A DNA stretch of 64,000 nucleotides from Candidatus Gottesmanbacteria bacterium (GCA_016186795.1 JACPKY010000001.1:129357-193356), one strand, 5' to 3'. Counted from the first letter of the stretch, positions 41,100-51,203 are shown. The notes: generated by a model not told the origin, from the sequence alone. Numbers and translations are program-made.

Positions 41100-42026
41100 T
41101 CACAGATGAGCACTCGAAGCAACAAAACGGGATTTGACAAAAAAGTAGCCAACGACCGCAAAAGTAATAATAGGAGAAAGATAGTGTGGAATAGACATGC
41201 CAAATGCATCAGCAATCATAATCGTGCCCAAGAAAAGAATTGAGTACATGGCACCGTTTTTGAGATAGATGTATTTTTTAATCCTTTCAATATTATGCAC
41301 AGTCAGTTCGCGAAGGACGAATGCGCCCAATCCATTTCCCAAAAGGATAAGAGGTACTGACAAGGTGAAGGCAAAAGATCCAAGGACTCCATCGATAGAA
41401 AATGTTGTATCGATAACTTCAAGGTAGAGGATTTTACTGATATCCGACATCCCCCCACTCCCTTTCATGAGTGACTTTTCGGCAAGTTGGGCTTGCTGCT
41501 TAAACCCGTGGGTAATAAAAAATGCCGTTGAGCCAACGACAGCGGAAAATGCCAGAAGCGGTTCAATAGAAATTGCAAACCAAACGATGGTTGTCAAAAG
41601 AACCGATACTACTGCGTAGAACCAGACCCCTTGGGAAAAGATAAACCGTTCTCCCGGAAGACCGAACTGTTTCTCTTCAAGGAAAATCCAATGGAAAAAA
41701 AGAAAGAGTAAGAATACTCCCCCACCCATGAGAAGAAGAGGAGATGATGATTCAATCGATTCAACGATATGGGGGTCACCAGAAAATGTAGCGGTGAAGG
41801 CACCAACCGGACCAAGACCGGGAGAAACCATCCAAACAATAAGAAGAGGAAGAAGTCCTCGGACAATAATGACAGCGAAAAGAAGTCCCCAGAAAAGAAA
41901 CCATCCTCGATATTTTGGCTTCATGGTGGAAAGAACCTCGGCGTTGATGATGGCATTGTCGATACTACTGATTACCTCGAAAAGAGAAAGACCGACAACA
42001 GGAAGGAGAAGCGAAAGAAGATTCAT
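41100..42026 (-). CDS. TerC/Alx-family integral membrane protein
   Basis: SIDNAIINA and SIDGVLGS repeats typical of the TerC family. 308 aa. Confidence 0.6.
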   Translation of the reverse strand: MNLLSLLLPVVGLSLFEVISSIDNAIINAEVLSTMKPKYRGWFLFWGLLFAVIIVRGLLPLLIVWMVSPGLGPVGAFTATFSGDPHIVESIESSSPLLLMGGGVFLLFLFFHWIFLEEKQFGLPGERFIFSQGVWFYAVVSVLLTTIVWFAISIEPLLAFSAVVGSTAFFITHGFKQQAQLAEKSLMKGSGGMSDISKILYLEVIDTTFSIDGVLGSFAFTLSVPLILLGNGLGAFVLRELTVHNIERIKKYIYLKNGAMYSILFLGTIMIADAFGMSIPHYLSPIITFAVVGYFFVKSRFVASSAHL

Positions 42027-42120
42027 AAAAGGTATTATACCTAAGTTTCTGGGGAAGAAAAAGCATTCCGATTAACTCGGAAGGTTTCGAATTCGCTCAG
42101 GATGACTGCACCTTGCGCGG

Positions 42121-42294
42121 TCACTTCTTCATTACCATAAACTCCCCAACAATTGCTACTGCAAAAACAACAACACCGACCGTCACCGTTGCAAGATCTG
42201 GCCACAAAGCAGCAACTATCAGTCCCAACCCAACACCACCTAATGTATGGAGAAGCGGGTGTGGTTTGAAACACTCTTGCATCATTTTATCCAT
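42121..42294 (-). CDS. Candidate 57-aa small membrane protein (not in ORF track, <60 aa)
   Basis: MDKMMQECFKPHPLLHTLGGVGLGLIVAALWPDLATVTVGVVVFAVAIVGEFMVMKK. RNY codon bias. RBS-like aggggtga. Lies in the TerC leader. Confidence 0.3.
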   Translation of the reverse strand: MDKMMQECFKPHPLLHTLGGVGLGLIVAALWPDLATVTVGVVVFAVAIVGEFMVMKK

Positions 42295-42335
42295 TCTTCA
42301 TTCACCCCCTTCTATAAGATATATCAGCATGATTA

Positions 42336-42632
42336 TTACATTAATTTTTCTGACCAGAAAAATGTGCACCCATCATTTCCAACACGAGCCGAGTGTGTAA
42401 CATTTCCGGCAATAACAAGTTTATCACCCCTGACACAGTGGAATTTTTCCTCTCCAACAACGACATCCATTGATCCAGAAAGAAATGCAAGGAGTTTGGT
42501 TTCGGGATGCTTGTGGGGAGGGTAGATATCACCAGGTCCGTTGGTATAGTGCATCGGGTCAAATCCCTCTGCAATAATTGACCTGGAAATCTCTTCGTCT
42601 TTAAGATTTGCGTAGAAATTTTGATAGTACAT
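42336..42632 (-). CDS. Cupin-domain protein
   Basis: HKHPETKLLAFLSG...G...H two-His cupin motifs. 98 aa. Confidence 0.6.
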   Translation of the reverse strand: MYYQNFYANLKDEEISRSIIAEGFDPMHYTNGPGDIYPPHKHPETKLLAFLSGSMDVVVGEEKFHCVRGDKLVIAGNVTHSARVGNDGCTFFWSEKLM

Positions 42633-42768
42633 AGAACCTATATTAAAACCTCATTTCTACTGCAACTGTCCAGTTTCGCAACGAAAGCAGGTTTTGATAT
42701 AGGTTCTTCCAAAATTCCTTCCAATCTCAAATGTAACAGTCAAGAATTTGAAATGCAAGTGGGGTCGA

Positions 42769-43524
42769 TTAGACAGAAAGCGAAATGCCGCCAGTATGGG
42801 GAAGAACGATAAGTTCACGTTCAAGAGGGATTAATGTCACCATGCGATCTGGAAATTGTCCGATTTGATACGTTGTGATTGGACGATATCCTCTCATTAC
42901 TGGATAGGAAAAGGGTTCCCCTTCTCCACCAATTTCGATGGCATTCCCGGTCCAAATTGGTTTGATTTCCGTCCAAGAACCACCATTTGTAGGCGACTTT
43001 CCATTCCCATTGAGAATAATTGCATTCAATTCATGTTCTAACTCTTTGAGATTTTCGGCAACCTGCCACCTTTGTATAGGGATACTTGCGGAATTACCAT
43101 TCTGGTTGACCCGAAAGAGTGCTCGGGATCCTGAAGAAGCAAGAGTGACTGTGTACATTTGTCCCTGCTGTAATTGTATTTGTTTTGCTTCTTTCCCACT
43201 TGAAGAAAGTGCAATAGGATCTTGGACTGGAGAAGTATTCAAACCGAGATCCTCTGGTAATCTAACTGATCCATCAATTTGTCTTCTATAAAATTCTGTC
43301 TTATCATCCCGTACAACATAGACTCCTCGCTCATAGGAAACTGTCCGGCCTGTTCGATCGTGTGTCCTAACAACAGGAACAATGCCAACCCTTCCTCCAC
43401 TCACTTCTATCTGGAAAGGAAGTTGCAGAGGTCCCTGCGAGGTTTCAACAGTAGGAGGGGTCGGTTTATGAAAGCCACTTTCTTTTTGTGCTTCGATTGC
43501 TAATTGGAGCTCTTCAGATACCAT
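42769..43524 (-). CDS. Hypothetical protein (251 aa)
   Basis: Clean ORF, no motif recognised. Confidence 0.5.
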   Translation of the reverse strand: MVSEELQLAIEAQKESGFHKPTPPTVETSQGPLQLPFQIEVSGGRVGIVPVVRTHDRTGRTVSYERGVYVVRDDKTEFYRRQIDGSVRLPEDLGLNTSPVQDPIALSSSGKEAKQIQLQQGQMYTVTLASSGSRALFRVNQNGNSASIPIQRWQVAENLKELEHELNAIILNGNGKSPTNGGSWTEIKPIWTGNAIEIGGEGEPFSYPVMRGYRPITTYQIGQFPDRMVTLIPLERELIVLPHTGGISLSV

Positions 43525-43583
43525 GGTATTGATTCAGTTTGAAATCAGAGGTATAGTGTAAGCATAGCATACTCAATAGGGCT

Positions 43584-43916
43584 ATGAAACTTATCGTAGA
43601 ACTCATTATCCGGGCATTTATCTTACTTCTGACAACGTACCTTGTCCCGGGATTCCATATACAGTCCTATACGTCAGCTCTCATTGTCGCAATTGTTCTC
43701 GCCATCTTGAATGTTTTACTCAAACCCCTGCTTCTACTTCTTACTCTTCCGCTTACGATTTTGACATTGGGACTTTTTACATTTGTCATTAACGCAATTC
43801 TTCTTCTTATTGCCGCAAATATTGTCAAGGGTTTTACAATCGACTCATTCATGACCGCAATTATTGCCTCGATCGTCATAACACTCCTTTCTGCGGTAAT
43901 AAATGCATTCCTCTAG
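43584..43916 (+). CDS. DUF360 / phage-holin-4_2 family small membrane protein
   Basis: 110 aa, 4 TM, YvlD-like sequence pattern. Confidence 0.55.
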   Translation: MKLIVELIIRAFILLLTTYLVPGFHIQSYTSALIVAIVLAILNVLLKPLLLLLTLPLTILTLGLFTFVINAILLLIAANIVKGFTIDSFMTAIIASIVITLLSAVINAFL

Positions 43917-43939
43917 AGTAATAATCCAAAGGGAAATAG

Positions 43940-44935
43940 TTAGCGGCTAAATGACCTTGGAAGTTGGAGATGACGGGATTGACTTACCGATTCCGTCGGA
44001 GTTGGTGGGATACTCGTCGGTTGTGGAGTACTCGTTGGATTTGTTGGAAATGGAAATGAAAGTGTCGGTAGAATGGGACGAATCCAACGAAGCGTTGGAA
44101 GTATCAATGTATACGGTGTCGGAGTAGGTATTACGCCAAAGAAATGTATCAGACTATCTCCTCCTATCATGGTTCCATCAATTCCATTTGGGGTGCTGTC
44201 AACAACCGTTGTTGTTCCTCGTAACTGATCCATCCGCCACATGACAACTGTACTATCATCTCCTAGTAAGTCTCCATCATAGGCTCCACTTGACCAAAGA
44301 CCAGCAACATCTCGAACCACTTTGGAAAGACGAACTTCGTCGATTGCCCCTTTGAAACTGGCAGGATTTCCGAATGGTTCCGTATAAGATCCGCCTAAAA
44401 TGATTGTTGTCCCGATGGGCTTTAGTGTCGAAATCGTAATCGTTGGATCGGTCACTTGGGTACCATTGATAAACAGTCTCGTTTTTGTACTATCAATTGT
44501 TACTGCAATATGACTCCATACCCCTGATGAGAGCTGCCCTGAAGTGATAGTCACCTGTCCTCCACTCCCATGTCGATATGTCAAAGACAATGACCCTCCA
44601 TTGATGCTAACTTCATAGGCAAGAACATCTCCTGAGGGAGTACCAACTGAGAGAATCTTTTGGATACCAGAGATTGAATTGGGTTTCACCCAGGCCTCAA
44701 AAGTAAATGCAGGTGGAGGGAAACTATTTGCATTGGTTGCTTTGACGTATCCCCCATTTAACTCCAGATAATTAGAAATAAGTGATTGAGCTTTGGTCTG
44801 GAAAAATATCGGCAATACGAAGGAAAATGAAAGTAATATAACTAAAATTGCAAGGAATTTTTTCATAAAAATATTCGGGAGTAACGAACGGGGCAGAAGT
44901 TTCGATATGATAACCTGCCAAGGAATTACTGTCAA
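43940..44935 (-). CDS. Membrane-anchored LamG/concanavalin-like domain protein with Pro/Thr tail
   Basis: FTFEAWVKPNSISGIQKILSVG LamG signature. Confidence 0.6.
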   Translation of the reverse strand: MTVIPWQVIISKLLPRSLLPNIFMKKFLAILVILLSFSFVLPIFFQTKAQSLISNYLELNGGYVKATNANSFPPPAFTFEAWVKPNSISGIQKILSVGTPSGDVLAYEVSINGGSLSLTYRHGSGGQVTITSGQLSSGVWSHIAVTIDSTKTRLFINGTQVTDPTITISTLKPIGTTIILGGSYTEPFGNPASFKGAIDEVRLSKVVRDVAGLWSSGAYDGDLLGDDSTVVMWRMDQLRGTTTVVDSTPNGIDGTMIGGDSLIHFFGVIPTPTPYTLILPTLRWIRPILPTLSFPFPTNPTSTPQPTSIPPTPTESVSQSRHLQLPRSFSR

Positions 44936-44998
44936 GGGGAAAATTTAGATTGTTGACGAAGCCGTATACATATTCTAATCTTTAAGTAAGGATTACGA

Positions 44999-46597
44999 AT
45001 GGGAAAAATAACCTCAAAAGTCAAAGAGAAAGAATATTCTCGAAATACAGATTTCTACAAATTTACTGCTACTATAGTTCTCGGTATCCTCCTTGTCGGT
45101 GCAACAGTATATATAAACACCATGACGTTTCAGAACCAAACAAGTGCAAGTCGAAATAACCTGAATATTCAACCAATCAAGGAAGTACCTATAACACAGT
45201 TATTACCTTCTTCGGCTCCTACACTTTACCCATTTGGACTGGCTGGATTTACCCTTCTAAATCCTTCACCTCCATACAAGGCATATACCGACTTCATCAA
45301 CCAAAGCGGTGCAAAACTCATTTCACATTCCGTTCGATGGTTGGATATCGAACCTGTAAAAGGCGAGTATAACTTTGAATCTCGAGAGGGAACATGGCTT
45401 TCTGTAGCGATTCCTGAGTATGACCAATATTGTCGTCGAAACGATATGCAATGTACCATATTGTTTGGCAACCCACCAGATTGGGCGCACGAAAAGGCAG
45501 GAACAGGATCAGATTGTCTCCCTATCGATGAAGAGGATTTCGACGCAATGGCAGATGCAGCAGCAGAAGTCGTAAAGCGATTCGGTTCCACAACCTCGGG
45601 ACTACAAATTCTTAATGAGCCGGATTTTGCCCATTGTTATGGAGGATATGATGATCAAAACCAAAATGGCCAAATTGATTATAAAGACTATGCACTGATC
45701 GTGAAAAAAATCTATCAGGCAATTAAAGAGGTTGATCCTTCTTATCCAGTTCTCGTTGGCAGATTTGCTTCAGATCCATCATTTAATCAACATAGCCAAC
45801 TGAATAAAGATCGTGACGGCACAAAAATAAACCTTATCGATTTTCTTCCGCAGTTTCTATCTTACAGTCAACAAGAACTTGGCGGGCAGTATTTCGACTA
45901 CTTGGATATCCACTACTATGAAGGCTCTCATAATCACTCATTTGAGCCATTCCACTCAAAAGACTCGTATGGAGAAGGTGGAGGCGGAATTCGGGGAAAA
46001 ACGTTTTGGGCAAGAGATCTTCTTACTCAATATGGAGGAGAAGATATCCCAATTATTTACTCGGAAATAGGCTATGCAACGTATGGATATCCCGAAACGC
46101 AAACGTATCTTGGGAGACAAGCTGAAGAGGTCTTTAAACTATACGCACAGGGATTATCTGCTGGAGCAAAATCATTAAGCTGGTATTGTATCGGGGATTT
46201 CAGTACAGCGTGCGTACGAACAACCCCATCTGAGAGTGCATTCAGTTTGCGCCTTCTGGATGGATCTTCTAACAATAATCCACCACTTACTCCCCGACCA
46301 TCGTATCGTGCGTATCAAGCGATTGCGAAAGAGTTAAAAGATACCCGGTATAACGATGTAGACGACACGGACGGTATAGAAGGATATCTCTTTGAAACAG
46401 ATGAAAATAACAAAGAAGTTCTCTGGTCGAGATCTTCTTCACCTGTCGAAAAAGTGTTTACCACTTCCTCTTTACACATGTACTCGGCAGTCGGAGAAGA
46501 AGAAAATATTCAAGATGGGGAAACAGATGATCTAGACGGTCAAAAGAATGGTTCTATCACAATCAGTATTTCTTCTCCGACTCTTATTGTTTGGTAA
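44999..46597 (+). CDS. Membrane-anchored glycoside hydrolase, clan GH-A (GH5-like)
   Basis: ILNEPDF acid/base Glu motif and IYSEIGY nucleophile motif. N-terminal TM. Confidence 0.65.
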   Translation: MGKITSKVKEKEYSRNTDFYKFTATIVLGILLVGATVYINTMTFQNQTSASRNNLNIQPIKEVPITQLLPSSAPTLYPFGLAGFTLLNPSPPYKAYTDFINQSGAKLISHSVRWLDIEPVKGEYNFESREGTWLSVAIPEYDQYCRRNDMQCTILFGNPPDWAHEKAGTGSDCLPIDEEDFDAMADAAAEVVKRFGSTTSGLQILNEPDFAHCYGGYDDQNQNGQIDYKDYALIVKKIYQAIKEVDPSYPVLVGRFASDPSFNQHSQLNKDRDGTKINLIDFLPQFLSYSQQELGGQYFDYLDIHYYEGSHNHSFEPFHSKDSYGEGGGGIRGKTFWARDLLTQYGGEDIPIIYSEIGYATYGYPETQTYLGRQAEEVFKLYAQGLSAGAKSLSWYCIGDFSTACVRTTPSESAFSLRLLDGSSNNNPPLTPRPSYRAYQAIAKELKDTRYNDVDDTDGIEGYLFETDENNKEVLWSRSSSPVEKVFTTSSLHMYSAVGEEENIQDGETDDLDGQKNGSITISISSPTLIVW

Positions 46598-47002
46598 CAA
46601 ACTACTCCAAAATCCTAAGAATTAAAAAGTTGTCTTAATATCTTTGTCTTTGGTATACTCCCAATCCGTACGGGGGAAAACGTACGAAGCACTTTGACAT
46701 CATCTTACGGAAAACTTTTCCTTATGATCTTTACTGCAGATCGGAGAGAGACGGAATGTTTTCAAATATAAATAGATAAAAGAAAGACTGCCCCGAATGG
46801 AAATGTCCTTGTTTCTCTATCTTCGGGCACTGCGGGGGTCCCACGGCTTCCGATCAGCCGTTTCCCCACGCTTGCCACTCAGTAAGAGAAACGACGAACA
46901 TTTCCAGCGGGGAAATTTTGTATTACTTCTGCTTCTCCCCGATCTGCACGTAGAGATCAAAAAAATCAAAAGGCGAAAGCCTACATTCAGGAGGAAAAGG
47001 AC

Positions 47003-47788
47003 ATGCCACAAAAAAAGAAAACGCAAGAGAGTTCGTGGCTAACACTTGGACTGGTTGTAATCATTGCAATGGCGATCCTCATCGTTTTTGCAACAGCAAC
47101 AGTAGTGATGACGCAACAATCAACCCCAACGTCAACCAGGACAGCAAAACCGGATAAAACATTAGCTTTTTTGCTAACGTCGATCCCGGAGACACGTCGC
47201 GCTTTGCCAACGACGACGTCCCAACTTCGGGATTTGGCGGAGGAAGTGTGGAAAAATCCAAATCCGAAGGATAATGTCCAAGGCTTCACTATCAAAAAAA
47301 ACGGTGAAGCCCGCGTCACAGGTCTCGGACCCCTCTATAACAAGTCAAGCAAGGACGTCATCATCAAATGGGACTACCTTGTTGCCTTGGCCCAATTCAA
47401 CGGGCCATGTAGTAAATATCCCATTACATTTACCGACGACCCCCAGATTTTCCTGGCAACCACTGCGAATGATGATGGATTTATCATTGGGGTCAAGTCC
47501 GAGCGCGATGTAAACATTGCGGTCGCCGCTGCATGCTGGATGCAGCGAATTATTCCGGACTTGAAGTCGGTTAATACAGAGCGCGCAGTCCAAGTGATGC
47601 GGAACTCGATAGGTGTGGGAACCTATCAGTATTGCATGCTCACAAGGACTCCTTATGAGGACTGCGTAAAATTGGTTGTCCAACTGGCGGGAGCCGGATT
47701 CCAGCAAACACCCGACGGGTACAAACTTATGTTGCCAACGTTGTACACCATGGGTGTCCGCGGTTTGTGGCTTGAGCTTAAGCCGTAA
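47003..47788 (+). CDS. Membrane-anchored hypothetical protein in ~52% GC patch
   Basis: N-terminal TM, 261 aa. Confidence 0.5.
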   Translation: MPQKKKTQESSWLTLGLVVIIAMAILIVFATATVVMTQQSTPTSTRTAKPDKTLAFLLTSIPETRRALPTTTSQLRDLAEEVWKNPNPKDNVQGFTIKKNGEARVTGLGPLYNKSSKDVIIKWDYLVALAQFNGPCSKYPITFTDDPQIFLATTANDDGFIIGVKSERDVNIAVAAACWMQRIIPDLKSVNTERAVQVMRNSIGVGTYQYCMLTRTPYEDCVKLVVQLAGAGFQQTPDGYKLMLPTLYTMGVRGLWLELKP

Positions 47789-47890
47789 GATGAACTACAG
47801 CAGGGCGGCCGCAAAAGCGGTTCCCATCTTTGCGCTGTCTGCCCTGCTGTTCATCTTGACAGTCATAGAATTCTCAACTACGATCGATGT

Positions 47891-49090
47891 ATGAAGGCAA
47901 AGAAACTTCTTTCTATTTTCCTTTTTGTTCTTCCACTCTTCCTTTTTCTTCCGCTAGCTGCATCTGCTACAACACCTCTTGTTCAAGAGAAAATGCCTGC
48001 AGTTGAAATTAATCCAGATGATATGCCGAGAGACTATCCTCTCATGTATCCTCCTCCAACGATGAATACCGGACTTTATGAGCTTGCCATCTTTGATAAA
48101 AAAGGTGGAGCCTATATCGCCGGAAAAATCGTTTTTGATAAAAGCGACAAAGACCTTCTTGAGGACTTAAACATATTTATTCCCGGCAAAGATGCCCAGT
48201 TTGTAAATGTCGTTCACGAACAGTATGTATATAAAGAAACTTGCTATCCTTGGAAATATCCCCGGCCATTACCAGCTCAAATTCAAGGAGAACAAGTTGA
48301 GCCAACATTTGGAAATTCCACGCCGTCAGCACCAGGAGAGGAAATATCAGTCCCTCCTAGACCTTCAATCATGCCAGATGGGGATGAATACTGTCCCAAG
48401 CAGTATACTCAGGTCTATTCAACGGTTGATCCGGAAGTAACTATTGGAAAAAAAGGAGTCAATGTACGTATTTCAGCAACTGCCGAGGATGATACGTCCC
48501 AAGAGGCTCTTCTTTTCCTCTACAGGCTGCCGAGTGTGGCATTTAACATTTTCTCAAATCACTACTTTCGACTTGATACAGTTCAACTCCCCTTTACCAC
48601 TGCTTCAACTCAGGTAGGAATATTGGTCAAAGACGGGTTACACCTTCGAGGAGCTCCAGGATTTACTGCTGACTATGGCGGAGGGTACGTTCCGAGCTTT
48701 CGACCTTTGGAAAAGGCACGCAATTTAAACCGGGAAGATAATCAAGAACTGACAAATCTCTCCAATGAAATAGCTTACCAAGGAATGATTCGCCGTGGTG
48801 ATTCTGATGTTACTCCCGATTCTTCTTTGACTCTGTCAGGAGTCTACGGGACACATCTTCTCATGCTGTATGTGAAAGAGATATTCTTGGGAATTATCTT
48901 CGTCCTTGTCCTTATTGCAGCAATCTTATGGGCCATAAAATATTTTTTCAAGAACCATCTAAATCTAAGACTTATTCTTATCACGGTCGTCGCAACATTT
49001 TTCGTGACAATCTTTCTTGTTGCATTTATTCTTCTTCTCTTTTTTTACTTTCGAACCACGATTGGATTTGGATACTCTATCCCCGTGTAA
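47891..49090 (+). CDS. Secreted hypothetical protein with C-terminal TM helices
   Basis: Signal peptide. Two C-terminal TM segments. Confidence 0.55.
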   Translation: MKAKKLLSIFLFVLPLFLFLPLAASATTPLVQEKMPAVEINPDDMPRDYPLMYPPPTMNTGLYELAIFDKKGGAYIAGKIVFDKSDKDLLEDLNIFIPGKDAQFVNVVHEQYVYKETCYPWKYPRPLPAQIQGEQVEPTFGNSTPSAPGEEISVPPRPSIMPDGDEYCPKQYTQVYSTVDPEVTIGKKGVNVRISATAEDDTSQEALLFLYRLPSVAFNIFSNHYFRLDTVQLPFTTASTQVGILVKDGLHLRGAPGFTADYGGGYVPSFRPLEKARNLNREDNQELTNLSNEIAYQGMIRRGDSDVTPDSSLTLSGVYGTHLLMLYVKEIFLGIIFVLVLIAAILWAIKYFFKNHLNLRLILITVVATFFVTIFLVAFILLLFFYFRTTIGFGYSIPV

Positions 49091-49285
49091 ATTAAATCCT
49101 CATTTTTCCTGTGTGATACAATAGCCGGAAAATCGGCTGAATACTCACTTGTGTGAGTAGGCTCTTTGGCAGATATACCCTTCTTACTGTATCCCGATTA
49201 AATCGGGATCAGTCTAGAAGGAGTTATACCCGGAACAATTTCAACTGTGAAGGGTATAAGTGGTTCAAACGAACAAGGAGGAACC

Positions 49286-49660
49286 ATGATATCGTTTGAA
49301 ACGGGAATTGTCCTCGTAACGGTTATCAACACTGTCCAGATATTCTTTCTCCCCTTGGGGAAAATTCTCGGCTTCTATGCACGGATTCGACCGAACGTGC
49401 TCGGCATAGAAGTAATGGGGATCAGCTGGATCGTGCGGATACCGTTTATTTTGAGGACGGTACTGATTGTTATGAGTCTGGGGACCCAGTACATCGATCC
49501 ATGCATCACGGTATTTGCGCTTGCGCTGGATATCATTGGATGGATCCTTGCCGCGATAAACTGGGAGATAAAAATCTCGATCTTTCGAGATCTCAAGGAT
49601 TTTATCCCCCTCGTGTATATGTGGATTCTGTTAATCGCAATAATCCTGTCCCCACGATGA
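49286..49660 (+). CDS. Small 4-TM membrane protein
   Basis: Strong RBS caaggagg 8 nt upstream of ATG at 49286. The ORF-track start 49247 is less likely. Confidence 0.5.
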   Translation: MISFETGIVLVTVINTVQIFFLPLGKILGFYARIRPNVLGIEVMGISWIVRIPFILRTVLIVMSLGTQYIDPCITVFALALDIIGWILAAINWEIKISIFRDLKDFIPLVYMWILLIAIILSPR

Positions 49661-49761
49661 ATCCACTCCAACCCACAATACCTTTTCAAGAACTTGATTG
49701 CCGCAAGGCAAACACGCAAAGACAATCAGGTTTACGAAAAGGTATTATTTTGGAAAAAATG

Positions 49762-49811
49762 AATACCTCTTCGACACAGATTGTTTGGCCCTTTCCGGCC
49801 GAAGAGGTATT
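49762..49811. terminator. Bidirectional terminator hairpin (12-bp stem aatacctcttcg/cgaagaggtatt) between convergent genes
   Basis: Read directly. Confidence 0.45.
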
Positions 49812-49818
49812 TAAAGGG

Positions 49819-50232
49819 TCAGGAAATGAGACGGAAGAGATAGAGATAGTAGAGGGGTGGGATAATAAACAATATTCGCTTCCACCATTGGATACTCTCC
49901 CAGTCAATCACGATATGTCCCTCAAATTGTATTCCCAAGATGTAGAATTTGAGGTCAATCTTGATGAACTGGTACCATTCCAGAGCAACAACACATATTG
50001 TGATGGCTCCAAAGTACCACTCTCCTACTCCGCTCAAGAGCGCAAGAACGATAATAATGGGCTGGATAATGAGAACTGCATACATGACTCCCATGATCAG
50101 GAATCCTCCCAGCCCTCGGTCCTCTACATCCCGACCCCGTAATACAAGCTTTTGCAGGTATCCTCCCCAAACAAGTGCGCTTGAGAGAACTGCTGCAAAA
50201 AGCAGAATTCCTTGCAAAAGTATCTGTGGCAT
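49819..50232 (-). CDS. Membrane protein (137 aa)
   Basis: RBS aaggagg 7 nt upstream of ATG. 4 TM. Confidence 0.5.
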   Translation of the reverse strand: MPQILLQGILLFAAVLSSALVWGGYLQKLVLRGRDVEDRGLGGFLIMGVMYAVLIIQPIIIVLALLSGVGEWYFGAITICVVALEWYQFIKIDLKFYILGIQFEGHIVIDWESIQWWKRILFIIPPLYYLYLFRLIS

Positions 50233-50486
50233 CTTCGGCCTCCTTTGTGAATTTGAAGACTTTCTCCTCGCAAGAATTCTTTCGCTTCTACTCGCTGCTA
50301 TGGACCTCCTTGTGAAATTTCCTATCCTCTCTAAAGAGAAGGTGTTTTTGAAATGTGCAAGTCTTATCGCGCATGATAAGGCTATTTCTTCCGCACATTA
50401 TACATCGAGAAGAAATATAAGGTGAAATATCGGGTAAAAATATATGAGAGGTGAAAATGAAAGCCAGCAGACGGGAAAAGGAGGAT

Positions 50487-50543
50487 GAAAAAAAGACCTC
50501 GCGGAGAACCGCGCAATAAAGCAACTTTCGTTGCGCGGTTCTC
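50487..50543 (-). terminator. Intrinsic terminator (13-bp stem gagaaccgcgcaa/ttgcgcggttctc, U-run on minus strand)
   Basis: Directly downstream of the 50550 stop. Confidence 0.5.
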
Positions 50544-50549
50544 TTGATG

Positions 50550-50936
50550 TTAGTGGGTGCGGATGAATTGCGGATCAATGGGATCAGGCAAAATTATTTG
50601 TAGATCCTTTTGCTGATACCAGGCGCACAGATACTTTTGGGTACAGACCCGGTAATACTTGGGGGGGACAAAAAAAGCATCTGCATCGCCACCTTTGGTG
50701 ATAAATCCTATGTCTCCGAATTGTGGAGGTTCGAATCTCTGATATGGATTTATACACTCATAAGGGACTTCGATCAATTTGTCAAAACAGGCGTAGCTAT
50801 ACTCTCCTTTCCCGAGCAGAACTACTTTTTGACCTTCATTGAAAATGGGCTTGGCAGTGATGATCGGAAGAACGTTCCAGACCGCAAGCGTTAATAGCAC
50901 GCTCGCAAGCCCGATGTAAAACGTGAGCCGTTTCAT
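50550..50936 (-). CDS. Secreted hypothetical protein (128 aa)
   Basis: Signal peptide. Confidence 0.5.
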   Translation of the reverse strand: MKRLTFYIGLASVLLTLAVWNVLPIITAKPIFNEGQKVVLLGKGEYSYACFDKLIEVPYECINPYQRFEPPQFGDIGFITKGGDADAFFVPPKYYRVCTQKYLCAWYQQKDLQIILPDPIDPQFIRTH

Positions 50937-51191
50937 GGTTCTCCTCCTTTGGTGAGAACGAACTGAATTGGGGTTTGATTGAATTGATAAACGACGTGCA
51001 ACGAACCCGCTGGATCCTTGCTTTAAGCCATATTGATTGTCTTCTCGACTCTCCCGACTCAGTCGGGATCGCTCGAAGAATAAAGACCCAAGGGGTTCGC
51101 TGCACTTCCCGTCTTGCTGGCTTGTTAAAGAACTGGTCTTTCTTTATGATTTCATTAACATTATATTATACCATCCTGAGGCTAATTATTC

Positions 51192-51203
51192 AATACTATA
51201 GGA
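51192..51203 (+). promoter_or_regulatory. AATACTATAGGA motif copy D
   Basis: Read directly. Confidence 0.35.

Noticed and set aside
49501-50142. 213-aa plus-strand ORF
   Set aside because: Overlaps two RBS-supported membrane-protein genes on both strands. Composition not protein-like.
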